Shown piece after piece: positions 48,601-64,000 of a stretch of 64,000 nt of DNA. Under the pieces are notes generated by a model. It was given only the letters and a program-made list of their open reading frames with translations. It had not been told where the DNA came from and searched no databases. The stretch's first letter is position 1. Each line of letters opens with the position of its first letter. Origin of the DNA: an uncultured virus (IMG/VR IMGVR_UViG_2721755777_000003) (Duplodnaviria > Heunggongvirae > Uroviricota > Caudoviricetes). A program made the position numbers and the translations under genes. The stretch is taken from positions 62,001 to 126,000 of the IMG/VR virus record IMGVR_UViG_2721755777_000003. The stretch is one strand, 5' to 3'.

Positions 48601-51600
48601 GAATCCTGATGATCTCGATAAATTCTCTTCTGCATTGGGTAAACTCCAAGAGAAAATGCAATCGGCATTGAATTCAAACGATGAAAAAGCATTTGATAGC
48701 GCGAAAAAGGATCTGCAAACCCTTTTGGAGACCTATTCAAAATCCGGTTCTTCTATTGATGTCTTTAAGTTGAGTTTTGATAAGGCACAAAAGAACATTA
48801 AAGATGGAGATAAGGCCATTTCTTCTGTTAAATCGGAAGTTGGTGATTTAGGGGAAACTCTTGCTGAGGCAGGTAACCAAGCTGAAGATTTTGGTCAAAA
48901 GCTCAAAGAAGCACTTGACGCAAATGATATCAGTCAGATTAAAGATGTAATCAAAGGCATGTCAGAATCAATGCAGTTTGACTCTGTTCAAGGCATTCTT
49001 AACGGGGATATTTTTAATAACACCAAAGAACAAGTTGCTCCTTTAAATGAACTTTTAGAAAAGATGGCTGAAGGAAAGAGCATTTCTGCCAATGAAGCTA
49101 ATGCTCTAATCCAAAAAGATAAAGAATTAGCCAAAGCAATAAGTTATGAAAATGGTGTTATAAAGGTTAACCGAGATGAAGTAATTCGTCAGCGAAAAGT
49201 TAAGCTCGATGCCTATAATGACATGGTTCAATATAGCAATAAGCTAATGAAAACTGAAGTCAATAATGCCATTAAAACCTTAAACGCTGATTCTTTACGA
49301 ATTGACAGCCTTAGAAAGCTTCGGAGAGAGCGTAAGCTCGATATATCCGAGGCAGAATTGTCTCAGCTCGAAGTTAAATCAATTAATAATGTAGCTGATG
49401 CGAAGAAAGAATTACATAAGATTGAAGAAAAAATGTTGCAACCTGGTGGATTTTCTAACAGCCAAATCTCTGCAATGGATAGCGTTAGAGCTGCTCTTAA
49501 ATCCTACATCTCAGCATCTGAAGAAGCTACATCTACTCAGGAAACAAACAAACAAGCGTTAATAGAATCAGGTACTTCCCTTGAAAAATGGACAGACGAG
49601 CAAGAGAAAGCAAATGAAGAAACCAAAACGTCCATGTACGTGGCTGATAAATACAAGGAAGCTCTGGAGAAAGTTAATGCTGAAGTCGAAAAGTACAATA
49701 AGCAAGTAAACGACTATCCAAAGTATTCCCAAAGTTATCGAAATGCCCTGCAGAAAGAAATTAAAGCTCTTCAACAAAAGAAAAAACTTATGCAGGAGCA
49801 AGCCAAACTCCTCAAGGATCAAATTAAGTCAGGGAACATTGCACAATACGGTATAGTTACCTCTTCCCTTTCCTCTGGTTCATCTTCTGGTGGTTCTTAC
49901 ACTTCTGGCGGTGGGTCTTACTCCGGTAAATACTCCAGCTACATTAATTCTGCCGCAAGCAAATATGGTGTCGATCCAGCTCTAATTGCAGCTGTAATCC
50001 AACAAGAATCAGGATTCAACTCAAGAGCTCGTTCTGGAGCAGGCGCAGCCGGATTAATGCAGTTGATGCCTTCCACTGCTAAAAGCTTAGGCGTAAACAA
50101 TGTTTATGATCCTTATCAGAGCATTATGGGTGGCACGAAATATTTAGCCCAACAACTAAACAAATTTGGTGGCAATGTTGAAAAAGCACTTGCTGCTTAT
50201 AACGCAGGGCCTGGTAATGTAATTAAATATGGTGGAGTCCCTCCCTTCAAAGAAACTCAGAATTATGTTCAGAAGATCATGTCAAATTACACCAAGTCAA
50301 TGACTTCTGCTAATTCCTCCATTGCAAGCTACTACACGAAGAACAGTGCGTTTAGAATAAGTTCTAAATATAATGCGCAAGATGGCGCTTACCGATCAAC
50401 TCCACATAAAGGTATCGACTTCGCAGCAAAAGCTGGAACCGCAATTAAATCGGTTCAGAGTGGAAAAGTTCAAATTGCTGGTTATAGCAAGACTGCCGGT
50501 AACTGGGTTGTCATTCAGCAGGATGATGGAAAAGTTGCTAAGTATATGCATATGCTTAATACCCCTTCTGTTAAAGCCGGTCAAACTGTTAAAGCTGGTC
50601 AGACCATCGGTAAAGTTGGCAGTACGGGTAATTCAACAGGAAATCACCTTCATCTTCAAATTGAGGAAAACGGAAAGACAATTGACCCTGAGAAGTATTT
50701 AAAAGGTGTCGGTACATCTATTTCAGATGCATCCCAAGCCGAAGCTGAACGACAACAAGCAATAGCGCAAGCTAAATCCGACCTCCTCTCCCTCCAAGGC
50801 GACATTGACTCAGTAAACGATCAGATACAAGAACTCAGATATGAAATCGTTCAGTCGAAACTTGATGAGTATGACAAGCGCATTGGTGATTTTGATGTAA
50901 GAATCGCTAAAGACAAAGCCCTCGCTAGTCATTATCTGAGCGACAGTAAAGAATTCCGCAAGTATACAAACGATCAGAAAAAAGCTTTAACTGAACAGCA
51001 AAAGATTCAGAGTCAGAAGGTTTCTTTTATTGAAAAAGAAATCAAAACAAACAAAACTCTGAATGCCGCTCAAAGAGCACAGCTTGCTGAGGAATTAAAA
51101 CAAGCTAAGATTGATCTCATCAATTTCCAAGAAGAAGTAAGAGAACTTCAGGGACAGCTCATCCAATCCAAAGTTGATGAAACGCTTAACGGCATAGAGA
51201 AATCAACCAAGAAAACTGAATCCAAGCTTAAAGATGTTGGAAACAAAATATCCATGACCGAGGAAGATAAAGACAAGGTTAAATATTATAGCCAACAGAT
51301 TAAGCTTATTCAGCAACAACAGACTGAAGCGAAGAAGTATATCAAACAGTTGGAAGCACAAAAGAAAGCTGCTAAAGGGTTCCCAGATATTCAGAAACAA
51401 ATCACAGAGGAGATTGAAAATTGGAAAGATAAGCAGAAGGATTACAACCTAGAGCTTTACAACACAAAGAAATCAATCAAAGATGTGTACAAATCTCTTG
51501 CTGATGAAGTTGTCTCCATCTACAAAGAGATGTACGAAAAGATGCGTGATATTGAATTAAAAGCGCATCAAAAAGCTACGCAAGACTTGATTGATGAGAT

Positions 51601-52546
51601 TGATAAAACTGATGATGAAGCTAAATACCAAAAAGAGCTCAAAGAAAAGAATCAGGCTATTCAGGAAACCAAAGATAAACTAAACAAACTATCCCTTGAT
51701 GACTCTGATGAAGCAAAATCACAGGTTAAAGACTTGGAAAAGCAACTTCAAGAACAGCAAGAAGCATTAGATGAGTTTCTTAAAGATCGTGAAAACAGTA
51801 AACGAAAAGAATCGTTACAAGATCAGCTTCAAAAAGATGAAGATTCAATTAACAAGAAATACGATGATCTCGTTAATGATGAGCGTGGGTTTAAGGAACT
51901 TGAGAAAAAGCTAATGGATGGCAAAATTACCGATATTGCTAAGCAACTGAATGAATTCTCTAAGTTCATTAACAGCAATATGGAGTCCATTGGGAAAAGC
52001 ATCTCTAATAACCTTATCGATAAGCTTAAAGAAGCTTCTAATGCCCTTAATACTGTGACCAAGGGTAATAAAACTGGAAAAAAGGTATCTTCTTTTGCAT
52101 CGGGCGGATATACAGGAACAGGACTAGGTGCAGGTAAGCTCGCCTTCCTACACGATAAAGAGCTCATCCTTAATAAAACCGACACTGCAAATATCTTGGA
52201 TACAGTAAAAACTGTACGTGAGAACAATGCTCCAAAAGAAGAGACACCTAAATGGGGTCAAGATGGGAAATTAGCAGCCTTGATTAACAAAGGGATTACT
52301 TCTATTCCATCAATAATTCCGAATATTAATCAATCCAGTCTTTCTAATAGTTTGATACCGAGTATTCAAAGCCTCTCTTCCCCACCAGATGCTACTAAGT
52401 CAGTAAACGGCACTGTAAACAACAATAATTTTAAAGCTACATTTAACATTAATGAATCAGAAAATCCTCAGAAAACAGCTGATTTTGTATTCAATAAATT
52501 TGCAAATGGTCTTAAAAACAAGGGCATAAATTTCAACAACTCATGA
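45656..52546 (+). CDS. cwlP: Tape measure protein with lytic transglycosylase and M23 peptidase (CwlP/YomI)
   Basis: TMP core; SLT motifs IQQESGF, GLMQLMP, AAYNAG; M23 motifs HKGID, YMHM, STGNHLH. Confidence 0.92.
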   Translation: MSQDLKIILTPKADTSSKTVEQLNQQIKSLEKKLNSLNLKTNIDASALKTLNDFSSAVDTYQKHLKSFNQTIKETTMITRNADGTVEKLTQQYKKNGEIIQRETKTIDNRNQSLREQTQEVNRLAQATEKLGQVQKRTEQKNSQGQTTRVTQKNRNGFDDITYTTDPKTNATTSKVTTNYDQQRKAIEQLKLDLEKLRQQGIVTDTTLSSLGRKLNTAQTAQQIEALQNRIKMLDDKSAAVAKNNELRKTIELYQRQAQVNVQNLNTRYGDTMGAGSRQAIQEYLNEVNSLNVSVGGSNIRSQMQSLNMQFRELASNAQSAASQASSFGAELTQAFKSMSTYLISGSLFYGAISGLKEMVSQAVEIDTLMTNIRRVMNEPDYKYNELLQESIDLGDTLSNKITDILQMTGDFGRMGFDESELSTLTKTAQVLQNVSDLTPDDTVNTLTAAMLNFNIAANDTISIADKLNEVDNNYAVTTLDLANSIRKAGSTASTFGVELNDLIGYTTAIASTTRESGNVVGNSLKTIFARIGNNRSAIKALDEIGISVKTAGGEAKSASELINEVAAKWNTLTDAQRQNTSIGVANIHQLSRFNALMNNFSIAQNAATTASNSAGSAWSEQQKYADSLQARLNKLQNNFTELAIASSDAFISDGLIEFTQALGSLLKASTGIINTVGFLPPLFVTISTATLLLSKNTRTLATTLIFGSKAMRQEALASIGLEAGMTRAAIASRVLKTALRGLLVSSVVGVAFVALGFALESVVSSFADAKKAKDDFEQSQQTNVEAITTNKDSTDKLIKQYKELQKAKESRTLSSDEEQEYLQVTQQLAQTFPALIQGYDSQGNAILKSNKALEEAIENTKEYLELKKTETKDSAKKTFEDASKEIKKSKDELKQYKQIADYNDKGRPKWDFLADDEDYKIAADKAKQGMLKAQSDIASGNAKVRDSVLSIAQAYSSIDISNTLKTSINDIVGKLTLKDDLNPDDLDKFSSALGKLQEKMQSALNSNDEKAFDSAKKDLQTLLETYSKSGSSIDVFKLSFDKAQKNIKDGDKAISSVKSEVGDLGETLAEAGNQAEDFGQKLKEALDANDISQIKDVIKGMSESMQFDSVQGILNGDIFNNTKEQVAPLNELLEKMAEGKSISANEANALIQKDKELAKAISYENGVIKVNRDEVIRQRKVKLDAYNDMVQYSNKLMKTEVNNAIKTLNADSLRIDSLRKLRRERKLDISEAELSQLEVKSINNVADAKKELHKIEEKMLQPGGFSNSQISAMDSVRAALKSYISASEEATSTQETNKQALIESGTSLEKWTDEQEKANEETKTSMYVADKYKEALEKVNAEVEKYNKQVNDYPKYSQSYRNALQKEIKALQQKKKLMQEQAKLLKDQIKSGNIAQYGIVTSSLSSGSSSGGSYTSGGGSYSGKYSSYINSAASKYGVDPALIAAVIQQESGFNSRARSGAGAAGLMQLMPSTAKSLGVNNVYDPYQSIMGGTKYLAQQLNKFGGNVEKALAAYNAGPGNVIKYGGVPPFKETQNYVQKIMSNYTKSMTSANSSIASYYTKNSAFRISSKYNAQDGAYRSTPHKGIDFAAKAGTAIKSVQSGKVQIAGYSKTAGNWVVIQQDDGKVAKYMHMLNTPSVKAGQTVKAGQTIGKVGSTGNSTGNHLHLQIEENGKTIDPEKYLKGVGTSISDASQAEAERQQAIAQAKSDLLSLQGDIDSVNDQIQELRYEIVQSKLDEYDKRIGDFDVRIAKDKALASHYLSDSKEFRKYTNDQKKALTEQQKIQSQKVSFIEKEIKTNKTLNAAQRAQLAEELKQAKIDLINFQEEVRELQGQLIQSKVDETLNGIEKSTKKTESKLKDVGNKISMTEEDKDKVKYYSQQIKLIQQQQTEAKKYIKQLEAQKKAAKGFPDIQKQITEEIENWKDKQKDYNLELYNTKKSIKDVYKSLADEVVSIYKEMYEKMRDIELKAHQKATQDLIDEIDKTDDEAKYQKELKEKNQAIQETKDKLNKLSLDDSDEAKSQVKDLEKQLQEQQEALDEFLKDRENSKRKESLQDQLQKDEDSINKKYDDLVNDERGFKELEKKLMDGKITDIAKQLNEFSKFINSNMESIGKSISNNLIDKLKEASNALNTVTKGNKTGKKVSSFASGGYTGTGLGAGKLAFLHDKELILNKTDTANILDTVKTVRENNAPKEETPKWGQDGKLAALINKGITSIPSIIPNINQSSLSNSLIPSIQSLSSPPDATKSVNGTVNNNNFKATFNINESENPQKTADFVFNKFANGLKNKGINFNNS

Positions 52547-52590
52547 GCCAGTGTATATGCTGGCTCTTCTTATTTTTGAGGTGATAAAAA

Positions 52591-56663
<4,073 letters not shown>

Positions 56664-56683
56664 GAAAGGACGGTGAATTTAGT

Positions 56684-57499
56684 TTGGATTTTCCTCAGCT
56701 CTATAACGATCCCACCCTTTCTCAAAAAAGGAAGGGCTCAATCAATGACCCTTATTTAAGCTATAGTGAAACTTTAACTGTTTACAATGGTCGAGTCTTA
56801 CTTACAGAAGTGCCTAACCGTGAGTACAGAGTCGAGGTTAGTGGTGACAGTAAAGAATGGCGAGAAATTGAAGATGGTGAATTAGAAGACAACTACTTTA
56901 AGGTTGATTACCTTATGGGAGTTGTCTTTTTCAATGGTTCAAATGAAGGCAAATCACTTACTTTTACATATCAAGGAGAAGGCGCATCCTTCTTCCCTGC
57001 CTCAAGAATTTGGATTAAACGGCAAGGAAATATGGTCATTGAAACACTTCAAGGCTTAATTGATGATGCTGAAGATGCCATTATTCGTATCAACGAACGT
57101 ATTGCTGAATGTGAACGTGTCACCAAGAGATGTATTGAAATAACAAATTGGTGCAGACAAGCAACATCAGATTATGAGTATGTAGTTGAAAACACTAGGA
57201 AGATTTACTTGCCGTTTGTGTACACCTATCAGGATTTATTAAACACTTATCCTTCCCCTCAAATTGGTTGGACTGTCACTGTAAAAGAAACAGGTATTGA
57301 ATATAGATGGGATGGTTTCGACTGGATAAATATTAGCATCTCAGATAAGTATGATGGTTTCAACATTGTTTCTAGCTATGTAGAGCCTTACAACATCAGG
57401 TCAGTATGGTTGAGAACGAATAATGCTCCCAAAAAGATGAGGATAAAACCATCTGTAGAACCCCCTGACGGAAGCATGGTTTGGATTAGAAAAGGATAA
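56684..57499 (+). CDS. yomF: YomF-like tail protein
   Basis: 271 aa; synteny. Confidence 0.65.
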   Translation: MDFPQLYNDPTLSQKRKGSINDPYLSYSETLTVYNGRVLLTEVPNREYRVEVSGDSKEWREIEDGELEDNYFKVDYLMGVVFFNGSNEGKSLTFTYQGEGASFFPASRIWIKRQGNMVIETLQGLIDDAEDAIIRINERIAECERVTKRCIEITNWCRQATSDYEYVVENTRKIYLPFVYTYQDLLNTYPSPQIGWTVTVKETGIEYRWDGFDWINISISDKYDGFNIVSSYVEPYNIRSVWLRTNNAPKKMRIKPSVEPPDGSMVWIRKG

Positions 57500-57512
57500 G
57501 GAGGAGTATATA

Positions 57513-60104
57513 TTGAACGACAATTTAATTCCCGTAAACACAATGGGTTATATGGACGAAGAAACAGAGCAATGGATACCCATTGATGCTATAGGGTTAA
57601 AATCAAATAATATTAGATATACTGCAGACGATATTCAAGAGGCTTTTGAAAAAGCTTCTAAGGATATTAAAAACGTAATAAACACAGTCGATTCTGGTTT
57701 AACAAATATCACAAACACTATTGGAGACATTTCAAAAATCCCTGCATCCGGTGCAACAATTGTTGATAAAGTCTTAAATGAATTTATCAGACGAAGTGTC
57801 AATGTTCAGGATTTTGGAGCTAAGGGTGATGGTGTCACTGATGACACTGAAGCTTTCAAAGCTGCCTTTGCAAGTGGGAAACGAGAGGTTTTTGTACCCG
57901 CGGGTATTTATATGGTTCAAGGATTACATATCCCCTCTTATGTCAGACTTTACGGTGTTGGATCAGGATCTATTATCAAACTTCACCCAACTGCTACCGG
58001 AACATCTTGTGTGTTAACCAATAGCGACTACACAAACGGAAACGAATATATCTTAATTGAAGACTTAGACCTCGATTGGAATTTAGACAAAAAGGACAAC
58101 ACCATTACAAATGGAACAAATGCAAACTGTGTGGGTATTGTTAACTCTAAATTTGTTCGGGTTAGAAACGTCAATGCTCGTAATCCAGGTGTACACGGTT
58201 TTGATGTAAGCTCCCCTGTTTGGAACTCTTCTTCTGATGGAGCAGATCATTATCAGCCAAATGGTAGCAAATATGTTTGGATTGAAAATTGTACTGCAAC
58301 TAACTATGGTGATGATGGCTTCACAACTCACTATTCAGACTACATCTTCTTCACTAACTGTTATGCTTATGACGCTAATGGATCCGCCCACAGTAAAGGA
58401 GCTTCAAATTCAAATGGTTTTGAAATTGATGATGGCTCTAAAAATGTGTGGCTTGTGAACTGTTACAGCCGAAAAAACTGCAGAGGTTTTGAAGTCAAAG
58501 CTCACAACAGAGCACCGGCAGCAAGAAACGTAAACCTAATTAACTGCTATTCCGAAAATGATATCCGCGCTTTCGACTTTAGACATATTGGCTTCCACCT
58601 AGCCTCCGAAAAAATCTCCACAAGTGCTTTTGACATTAATGTCGTTAACTGCACTGCACAACACCCTATTTTCAGTGACCTTTACCAAGGTTTAAATCCT
58701 CGAGCACTTGTTATTTCCGCTTATAGAAATGTCAACGTATCAAACTTCAATGCAATTGGTGATCCGACGTATGATTATAAGAATACTACAGTAATCTCTA
58801 CTCAATATAAGAGCAGAAATATCAACCTAAGCAACATCACTGTTTCGGGGTTTACAACAGCAAGTAACGATATCTATGTAATCGGTGGAGCTCAAAAATC
58901 AGACAATGTAAACATCTCGAATGTAACCATTAATCAATCTGCACTAGTGGGTATTGCTGTTGGAAGTAAAGTTGGCTCAGTCAATATCAGCAACGTTAAC
59001 ATGACGGGAACAAACAAATCAGGTTCAATTGGCGTTTATTGTACTAACTCCCAGGCCAATATTAATGCTACGATGTGTGAACAATACGCTACTCCCAGTA
59101 AAATTGCCGGGAAAACCTACGCATTTATCCCGAATAATTTCAAAGGTGGTACACGAATTGCGACGACTTCCGGCTACGCTAAAACAAATACTAGCGTCGT
59201 AATGGCATCTTCAGGTGGCGGACAAGCAACTGGTGACGCTTCTGCCGTTATTGCTACAACTGGCGGTTCTAAAGCAGAAGGGCCACGTAATGCAGTTATT
59301 GCTTCCTCTGGTGGATCTAAAACAACAGCTGAAGGAAGTCGCTCATTGGTTGTTGCATCAAATAATTCTTCCATTGAAGGATCAGGATCTTCTAGGGTTG
59401 TTATTGGATCACAATCTGTAATAAACAGAAAAGGGTATACCACTATATGGGGATACGGAACATCAGATACCCCTTCCATCTCGAACATTAAGATAGAACA
59501 TGATGCGATGAGAGGAAATATTGCCTTAACCGGTCAGGTTAAAGGCGCTTCAACATTTGCTGATTATGCGGAGTATTTCGAATCTGCAGATGGAAGAGCA
59601 ATTCCTACCGGATATATGGTCACACTTGATGGGGACAAAATTAAGAAAGCGAATCTCGGTGACAAGGTATTAGGGGTTATATCTGAAACAGCTGGTATTG
59701 TGCTCGGAGAGTCTTTATTTAATTGGCAAGGAAGATACCTCAAAAATGAATTCGGGGGTCTTATTTATGAAGATAGGGATGTGACATTTGTGGATTCGGA
59801 AGGTATGCAAAGAACAGAAATAAGAAGGCTACCAAAAGAAAATCCCAACTTCAATGCCAATGAAGAATATGTTCCACGATCTGAACGTCCTGAATGGAAT
59901 ATAGTCGGTATGTTTGGACAAATTTTCGTTCGCATTGATGAAACAGTTCAAGACGGCGACAGAATTGTACCCAAAGCCGGCAAAGGATCAAAATCCTCTG
60001 ATGCTTCAGGTTATCCGGTAATGAAAATAACAACACCTTATACAAAGGAAAGAGGATATGGTGTCGCTGTTTGCTTAATAACACCCACAGTTTGCCCTCT
60101 TTAA
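57513..60104 (+). CDS. yomE: Tailspike/pre-neck appendage: beta-helix plus C-terminal intramolecular chaperone (peptidase G2-like)
   Basis: VNVQDFGAKGDGVTDDT beta-helix start; ADYAEYFES and PRSERPEW chaperone motifs. Confidence 0.8.
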   Translation: MNDNLIPVNTMGYMDEETEQWIPIDAIGLKSNNIRYTADDIQEAFEKASKDIKNVINTVDSGLTNITNTIGDISKIPASGATIVDKVLNEFIRRSVNVQDFGAKGDGVTDDTEAFKAAFASGKREVFVPAGIYMVQGLHIPSYVRLYGVGSGSIIKLHPTATGTSCVLTNSDYTNGNEYILIEDLDLDWNLDKKDNTITNGTNANCVGIVNSKFVRVRNVNARNPGVHGFDVSSPVWNSSSDGADHYQPNGSKYVWIENCTATNYGDDGFTTHYSDYIFFTNCYAYDANGSAHSKGASNSNGFEIDDGSKNVWLVNCYSRKNCRGFEVKAHNRAPAARNVNLINCYSENDIRAFDFRHIGFHLASEKISTSAFDINVVNCTAQHPIFSDLYQGLNPRALVISAYRNVNVSNFNAIGDPTYDYKNTTVISTQYKSRNINLSNITVSGFTTASNDIYVIGGAQKSDNVNISNVTINQSALVGIAVGSKVGSVNISNVNMTGTNKSGSIGVYCTNSQANINATMCEQYATPSKIAGKTYAFIPNNFKGGTRIATTSGYAKTNTSVVMASSGGGQATGDASAVIATTGGSKAEGPRNAVIASSGGSKTTAEGSRSLVVASNNSSIEGSGSSRVVIGSQSVINRKGYTTIWGYGTSDTPSISNIKIEHDAMRGNIALTGQVKGASTFADYAEYFESADGRAIPTGYMVTLDGDKIKKANLGDKVLGVISETAGIVLGESLFNWQGRYLKNEFGGLIYEDRDVTFVDSEGMQRTEIRRLPKENPNFNANEEYVPRSERPEWNIVGMFGQIFVRIDETVQDGDRIVPKAGKGSKSSDASGYPVMKITTPYTKERGYGVAVCLITPTVCPL

Positions 60105-60253
60105 AGGAGGTGGTTATGTTCTAGTTAAAATATAAATTTTATTCAATTTACAGCATTCAAAAACAGAGATAACAAGAGCATATGTGAGATAAAGAGAGAT
60201 TGGGATTTGTCCCCTTCTCTCTTTTTTGTGCTCAAATTTAATTTTTAGGAGAG

Positions 60254-61309
60254 ATGTTTAATATGGCTATTCAAGTAAGAGAAAATCTTGTCTCAACCAG
60301 CAAATACTCTATTAAGTGTCCGTATACGTTATCAGCCTCTTATATTACATTTCATAACACAGCCAATGATGCATCTGCAGACGCTGAAATTCGCTACATG
60401 ATCGGCAACAACAATGAAGTTTCTTATCACTTCGCCGTTGATGATGAAGAGGTCGTCCAAGGCTTACCTACAAATCGAAACGCATGGCACACTGGTGATG
60501 GATCAGGTGCGAATTCAGGAAACCGTACTTCTATTGGTGTAGAGGTTTGCTACTCCAAATCAGGTGGAGAGCGCTACAGAAAAGCTGAAGCGTTGGCTAT
60601 TAAGTTTATTGCACAACTCCTTAAAGAACGTGGCTGGGGTGTGGATCGAGTTAAAAAGCATCAAGAATGGTCTGGCAAGTACTGCCCGCATCGAGTTCTT
60701 GATGAAGGTCGTTGGAATGCTGTTAAAGCTGCTATTGCTGCTGAATTGAAAACACTGGACGGAAATACTTCTTCCTCATCTTCAAAGCCAACAAACGTTG
60801 TTAAAACAAATGGTTCTTATGTTAAAAACACAGTTATCGCTGACAGTCTTAATGTGAGAACCCAACGCAATGCAAACTCCTCTATTGTACTCGCTCTTCC
60901 TAAAGGCTCCACTGTCCAATACCAAAAAGGATCAACTCAAAATGGTTGGGGATATATCAAATATACAAACTCTAAAGGTGCTACATACAGCGGTTACGTA
61001 AATGTGAAATACATTAAAAGTGATGCTGAACTTGGACAATCAACCCCAAAGCCTAAATCCACTTCTAAGCCTAAAAGCAGTGGTATCAAATCTGTAGGCA
61101 AAATTAAAATTGTCGGTGTACAAAGCGCTGCAATCGTTATGGACAGACCCGATAAAAACAAAGCGAAGAATCTCGGCACTGTGAAGCTAGGTGACACACT
61201 CAGCATTTCTGGCTCAGTGAAAGGGTCAAACAATGCTAAGGGTTACTGGGAAGTTATCTACAAAGGTAAACGCGGCTACATCTCAGGACAATTTGGGTCA
61301 AAAATCTAA
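60254..61309 (+). CDS. blyA: N-acetylmuramoyl-L-alanine amidase endolysin with SH3-like domains
   Basis: HNTAN, SYHFAVDD, AWHTGDG, HQEWSGKYCP motifs. Confidence 0.85.
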   Translation: MFNMAIQVRENLVSTSKYSIKCPYTLSASYITFHNTANDASADAEIRYMIGNNNEVSYHFAVDDEEVVQGLPTNRNAWHTGDGSGANSGNRTSIGVEVCYSKSGGERYRKAEALAIKFIAQLLKERGWGVDRVKKHQEWSGKYCPHRVLDEGRWNAVKAAIAAELKTLDGNTSSSSSKPTNVVKTNGSYVKNTVIADSLNVRTQRNANSSIVLALPKGSTVQYQKGSTQNGWGYIKYTNSKGATYSGYVNVKYIKSDAELGQSTPKPKSTSKPKSSGIKSVGKIKIVGVQSAAIVMDRPDKNKAKNLGTVKLGDTLSISGSVKGSNNAKGYWEVIYKGKRGYISGQFGSKI

Positions 61310-61415
61310 ATATATTTAAATATCTTTGAGGATGATTGTAGCTCAAAGTGTATCAATAATTATTTAGGAGGTGATGTGTCATTACCTCCTATTTTTTATG
61401 GAGGATGATTGCATT

Positions 61416-61787
61416 GTGGCTGAAAAAGAAAATTATGAAGTTTTAAAGACCGAGGTCTCTCATATTAAAGAACGTCTTAAAGAACAAGCAGAAGATAGAA
61501 AAATCATGTTAGAAACACAAAAAACAACAAGTGAATCGCTCATTAGGCTTACAACTGTTGTTGAGAATCAGGAAAAAAACCTTGTTGAAACAAAAAATTT
61601 GTTCACCACTGAGATAGCTGGATTAAGAAATGAATTTCAGCAAGTTAATCAGTCGCAGACAAAGTGGCTTCAAAACTTATTAGAAGGAACATTCGGAAAG
61701 ACATTAAAGATTTTAGTTTTAATTATTCTCTTACTGCTTGGTGCAGAGATCGCTGGTGTTGATATCACTAAATTAGCTAATTTATAA
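61416..61787 (+). CDS. Holin-associated membrane protein (coiled coil + C-terminal TM)
   Basis: Between endolysin and holin; GTG after GGAGG. Confidence 0.65.
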   Translation: MAEKENYEVLKTEVSHIKERLKEQAEDRKIMLETQKTTSESLIRLTTVVENQEKNLVETKNLFTTEIAGLRNEFQQVNQSQTKWLQNLLEGTFGKTLKILVLIILLLLGAEIAGVDITKLANL

Positions 61788-61799
61788 GGAGACGATTTA

Positions 61800-62051
61800 A
61801 TGACTAAAATTAACTGGAAAGTAAGACTAAAAAAGAAAACATTCCTGGTTGCAATCTTCTCTGCAACTCTTTTGTTTGCACAAGCTATTGCATCTGCTTT
61901 TGGATACGATATTTCTGTATTTAGCGATGATCTTACTGAGAAATTTAATGCTTTGCTTACATTTCTAACTGCAATGGGGGTTGTAGTGGATCCAACCACT
62001 ACAGGTATCTCAGACAGCGATCAAGCAATGGAATACACAGAACCAAAATAA
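61800..62051 (+). CDS. Phage holin (phiLC3-like family)
   Basis: INWKVRLKKK..GVVVDPTT.GISDS motifs. Confidence 0.9.
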   Translation: MTKINWKVRLKKKTFLVAIFSATLLFAQAIASAFGYDISVFSDDLTEKFNALLTFLTAMGVVVDPTTTGISDSDQAMEYTEPK

Positions 62052-62110
62052 CTTGGGGAGTTTGTCTCCCCTTTTTTTCATTTTCAAGAAGAAAGGAATG
62101 ATTTTTGATC

Positions 62111-62392
62111 ATGCAAATAGGATCTGGATATATCGGAAGTCCAATGCTTGAGAAGTCAGAATCTAACCATGAAGTAATCCCTTCCCCACCTGCAACCTGG
62201 ACGATTAAATATTCTTTCTATAAATTCAGCTTTTCGAATGATCAGGAATGCCACGTATCAATCAATGGTGGCGATCCTATCTATTTAAGAGCTGGACAAG
62301 GCTTTCAAATGGACGCTCATGATTCACCTATCACAAGCTTTAAAATTTCTGAGTCAGGAATAATATATAACTTTTTGGGGGCGCATAAATGA
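62111..62392 (+). CDS. Hypothetical protein
   Basis: ORF coupled to the collagen-like gene. Confidence 0.65.
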   Translation: MQIGSGYIGSPMLEKSESNHEVIPSPPATWTIKYSFYKFSFSNDQECHVSINGGDPIYLRAGQGFQMDAHDSPITSFKISESGIIYNFLGAHK

Positions 62393-62667
62393 GTTTCTTC
62401 AATCCAATGGTTAATGTCTCAATTGTCACTGGGAAATCTGCTTATGATATTGCAGTGGACAATGGTTTTTCAGGAACTGTAGAGGAATGGTTAGCATCAT
62501 TAAAAGGTGAAAAAGGCGACACTGGAGCTACAGGTGCAACCGGGGTTAAAGGTGCTACTGGCGCTGCCGGTAAAGATGGAAAATCAGCATATGAATTAGC
62601 CGTTCAACAAGGTTTCTCTGGAACATTAGATGAGTGGCTTGCTTCTCTAAAAGCAACAGCAAATTGA
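62389..62667 (+). CDS. Short collagen-like repeat protein
   Basis: Two GKSAY..A..GFSGT..EWLASLK repeats flanking Gly-X-Y triplets. Confidence 0.8.
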   Translation: MSFFNPMVNVSIVTGKSAYDIAVDNGFSGTVEEWLASLKGEKGDTGATGATGVKGATGAAGKDGKSAYELAVQQGFSGTLDEWLASLKATAN

Positions 62668-62818
62668 TCATATACCCTTCTCTAACGAGGAGGGTATTTT
62701 TTTCGTTTCGTTCATAATCAAATTATTGATTTGTTTTTAATTTTCACTCAAATTCCCTTTACATTTCTTTCCTCCAGTGCAACTATATAATAAAATGGAT
62801 TTGAAAGGGGTTTAGGAC

Positions 62819-63979
62819 TTGAAGAACGAAAAGGTCATTCCTTATGATTTAGTAGCAACAAAGATGAATCATTGGTATGTGGCTATTAAAAAGAATTGGG
62901 TCGGTAGAGCAGAAGAAATGCGTAAAGAAGTTATGCAGGAAATAAAAATTATGGAAGAAAACCAAGATGTTTTACTATACTGCTCCCTACTTGAGTTTAG
63001 ACATAAGCTAATGTTGGCATATATGTATCCTAACGCTATAAAAGACATTGAGAAAAATTATGGTGAGTTAAAAGCATATGAAGGCCATGAAAACTTAACA
63101 GGAATGCTCGAATATTACTATTATTTTTTCATGGGCATGTTCTATTTTAGACAAAAGGAGTTGGCATTCTCCCTTAATCACTATAGACAAGCTGAGAGAT
63201 ATTTGGATTCAATTGAGAGCGAAGATATTGAAGTTGAAAAAGCTGAATTTTATTTTAAATTGTCAGAAGTGTATTACCACATGAAACAGACTTATTTTTC
63301 AATGAATTATGCCATGAGGGCTTACGATATATTTAAAAAGCAACCTGCTATTGACGGGAGCCCTACATACGGGGTACAAAAGGTACGCTGTCAATTCGTC
63401 ATATTTGGTAATTTATTGGACAGTATGAAGTTTGATGAAGCTTTAAAGCAAGCATACAAAGCGTATCAGGAAGCAGTAGAGCTAAACAAAAGTGAAAAGA
63501 ATCGTGGGCATTTGATGCGTTCAGCACTGTTTAATATTGGATTATGTTATAATCAAATGGAAGAACTTGATAAAGCATTTTTTCACTTTAATAAGTCACT
63601 TCAAATCATTGAGCCGGAAAATCATGATTACGCTGCTAAAACATTATTTGTTATCTCCTTCTTAAAGGGAAGGCAAAATGACATTGAAAACGCAAAAAAA
63701 TTTTATGAACAGGCCAAACAGTTGGCTGAACGGCATAACAATGAAATGGTACTTGAAAAGTTAAAAATGGTTAAAGGACTTTTCTTGGACTATGATTTAG
63801 ACTTAGTTAGGAAAACATTCGAGTTCTTCAAAGAAAGAAGTATATACCCTGACATGGAAAGCTATGGTGTCTCTGTAGCAGATTTTCTCACTGGAAAACA
63901 GGATGCTTGGGGTGCAGTTGAATTTTATCGTTTGGCAAATGAAGCAAGAAGACAAATCAAAAGGGGAGAAGCAATATGA
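62819..63979 (+). CDS. rap: Rap-family TPR regulator/aspartate phosphatase
   Basis: MEENQDVLLY.SLLEFRH, LEYYYYFF.GM, EKAEFYFKLSEVYYHMKQT motifs; own promoter TTTACA..TATAAT. Confidence 0.92.
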   Translation: MKNEKVIPYDLVATKMNHWYVAIKKNWVGRAEEMRKEVMQEIKIMEENQDVLLYCSLLEFRHKLMLAYMYPNAIKDIEKNYGELKAYEGHENLTGMLEYYYYFFMGMFYFRQKELAFSLNHYRQAERYLDSIESEDIEVEKAEFYFKLSEVYYHMKQTYFSMNYAMRAYDIFKKQPAIDGSPTYGVQKVRCQFVIFGNLLDSMKFDEALKQAYKAYQEAVELNKSEKNRGHLMRSALFNIGLCYNQMEELDKAFFHFNKSLQIIEPENHDYAAKTLFVISFLKGRQNDIENAKKFYEQAKQLAERHNNEMVLEKLKMVKGLFLDYDLDLVRKTFEFFKERSIYPDMESYGVSVADFLTGKQDAWGAVEFYRLANEARRQIKRGEAI

Positions 63980-64000
63980 AAACTAAACTATTTATCTGTG
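63976..64000 (+). CDS. phr: Phr pro-peptide, 5' end only (truncated by the window)
   Basis: ATGA overlap with the rap stop; MKTKLFIC signal-peptide start; GGGGAG RBS. Confidence 0.7.

Noticed and set aside
45797..52227. Many antisense and alternative-frame ORFs within long genes (also elsewhere in the track)
   Set aside because: Shadow ORFs of real genes with no RBS and no recognisable motifs
60160..60230. GAG(AT) repeats before the endolysin as a TRAP-like binding site
   Set aside because: Too few and irregularly spaced; only a terminator-like hairpin is supportable

Overview
This window is an internal 64-kb slice of a Bacillus SPbeta/phi3T-like temperate phage or prophage. No host genes or att sites are visible. 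The left part (1-18.5 kb, mostly minus strand) holds a phi3T-type arbitrium locus (aimR, aimP with predicted mature peptide SASRGA, aimX), a variable early region (yopE/F/G/B-like genes, an O-acyltransferase moron, an adenine methyltransferase beside a large polyvalent-type protein), yonV, the yonT/yoyJ/SR6 type I toxin-antitoxin locus, a ~900-bp non-coding strand-skew switch and a tubR-tubZ-like tubulin operon. The right part (18.6-64 kb, plus strand) holds the single-subunit RNA polymerase yonO split by a 1291-nt group I intron with a GIY-YIG homing endonuclease, HU, structured non-coding segments including a tRNA-like RNA, packaging/head/tail genes, several morons (HEPN-motif protein, lipoprotein GDPD, yomJ-like), the lysis cassette and a rap-phr pair cut by the window end. 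The most unusual signals are the group I intron in the phage RNAP gene, the tubulin partition-like operon, a TAAAA-N6-TTTTA palindrome recurring at gene boundaries (possibly a cassette recombination site), and the tRNA-like ncRNA cluster next to a HEPN-motif gene. Gene names rest on recalled SPbeta/phi3T sequences and synteny; no database search was run.
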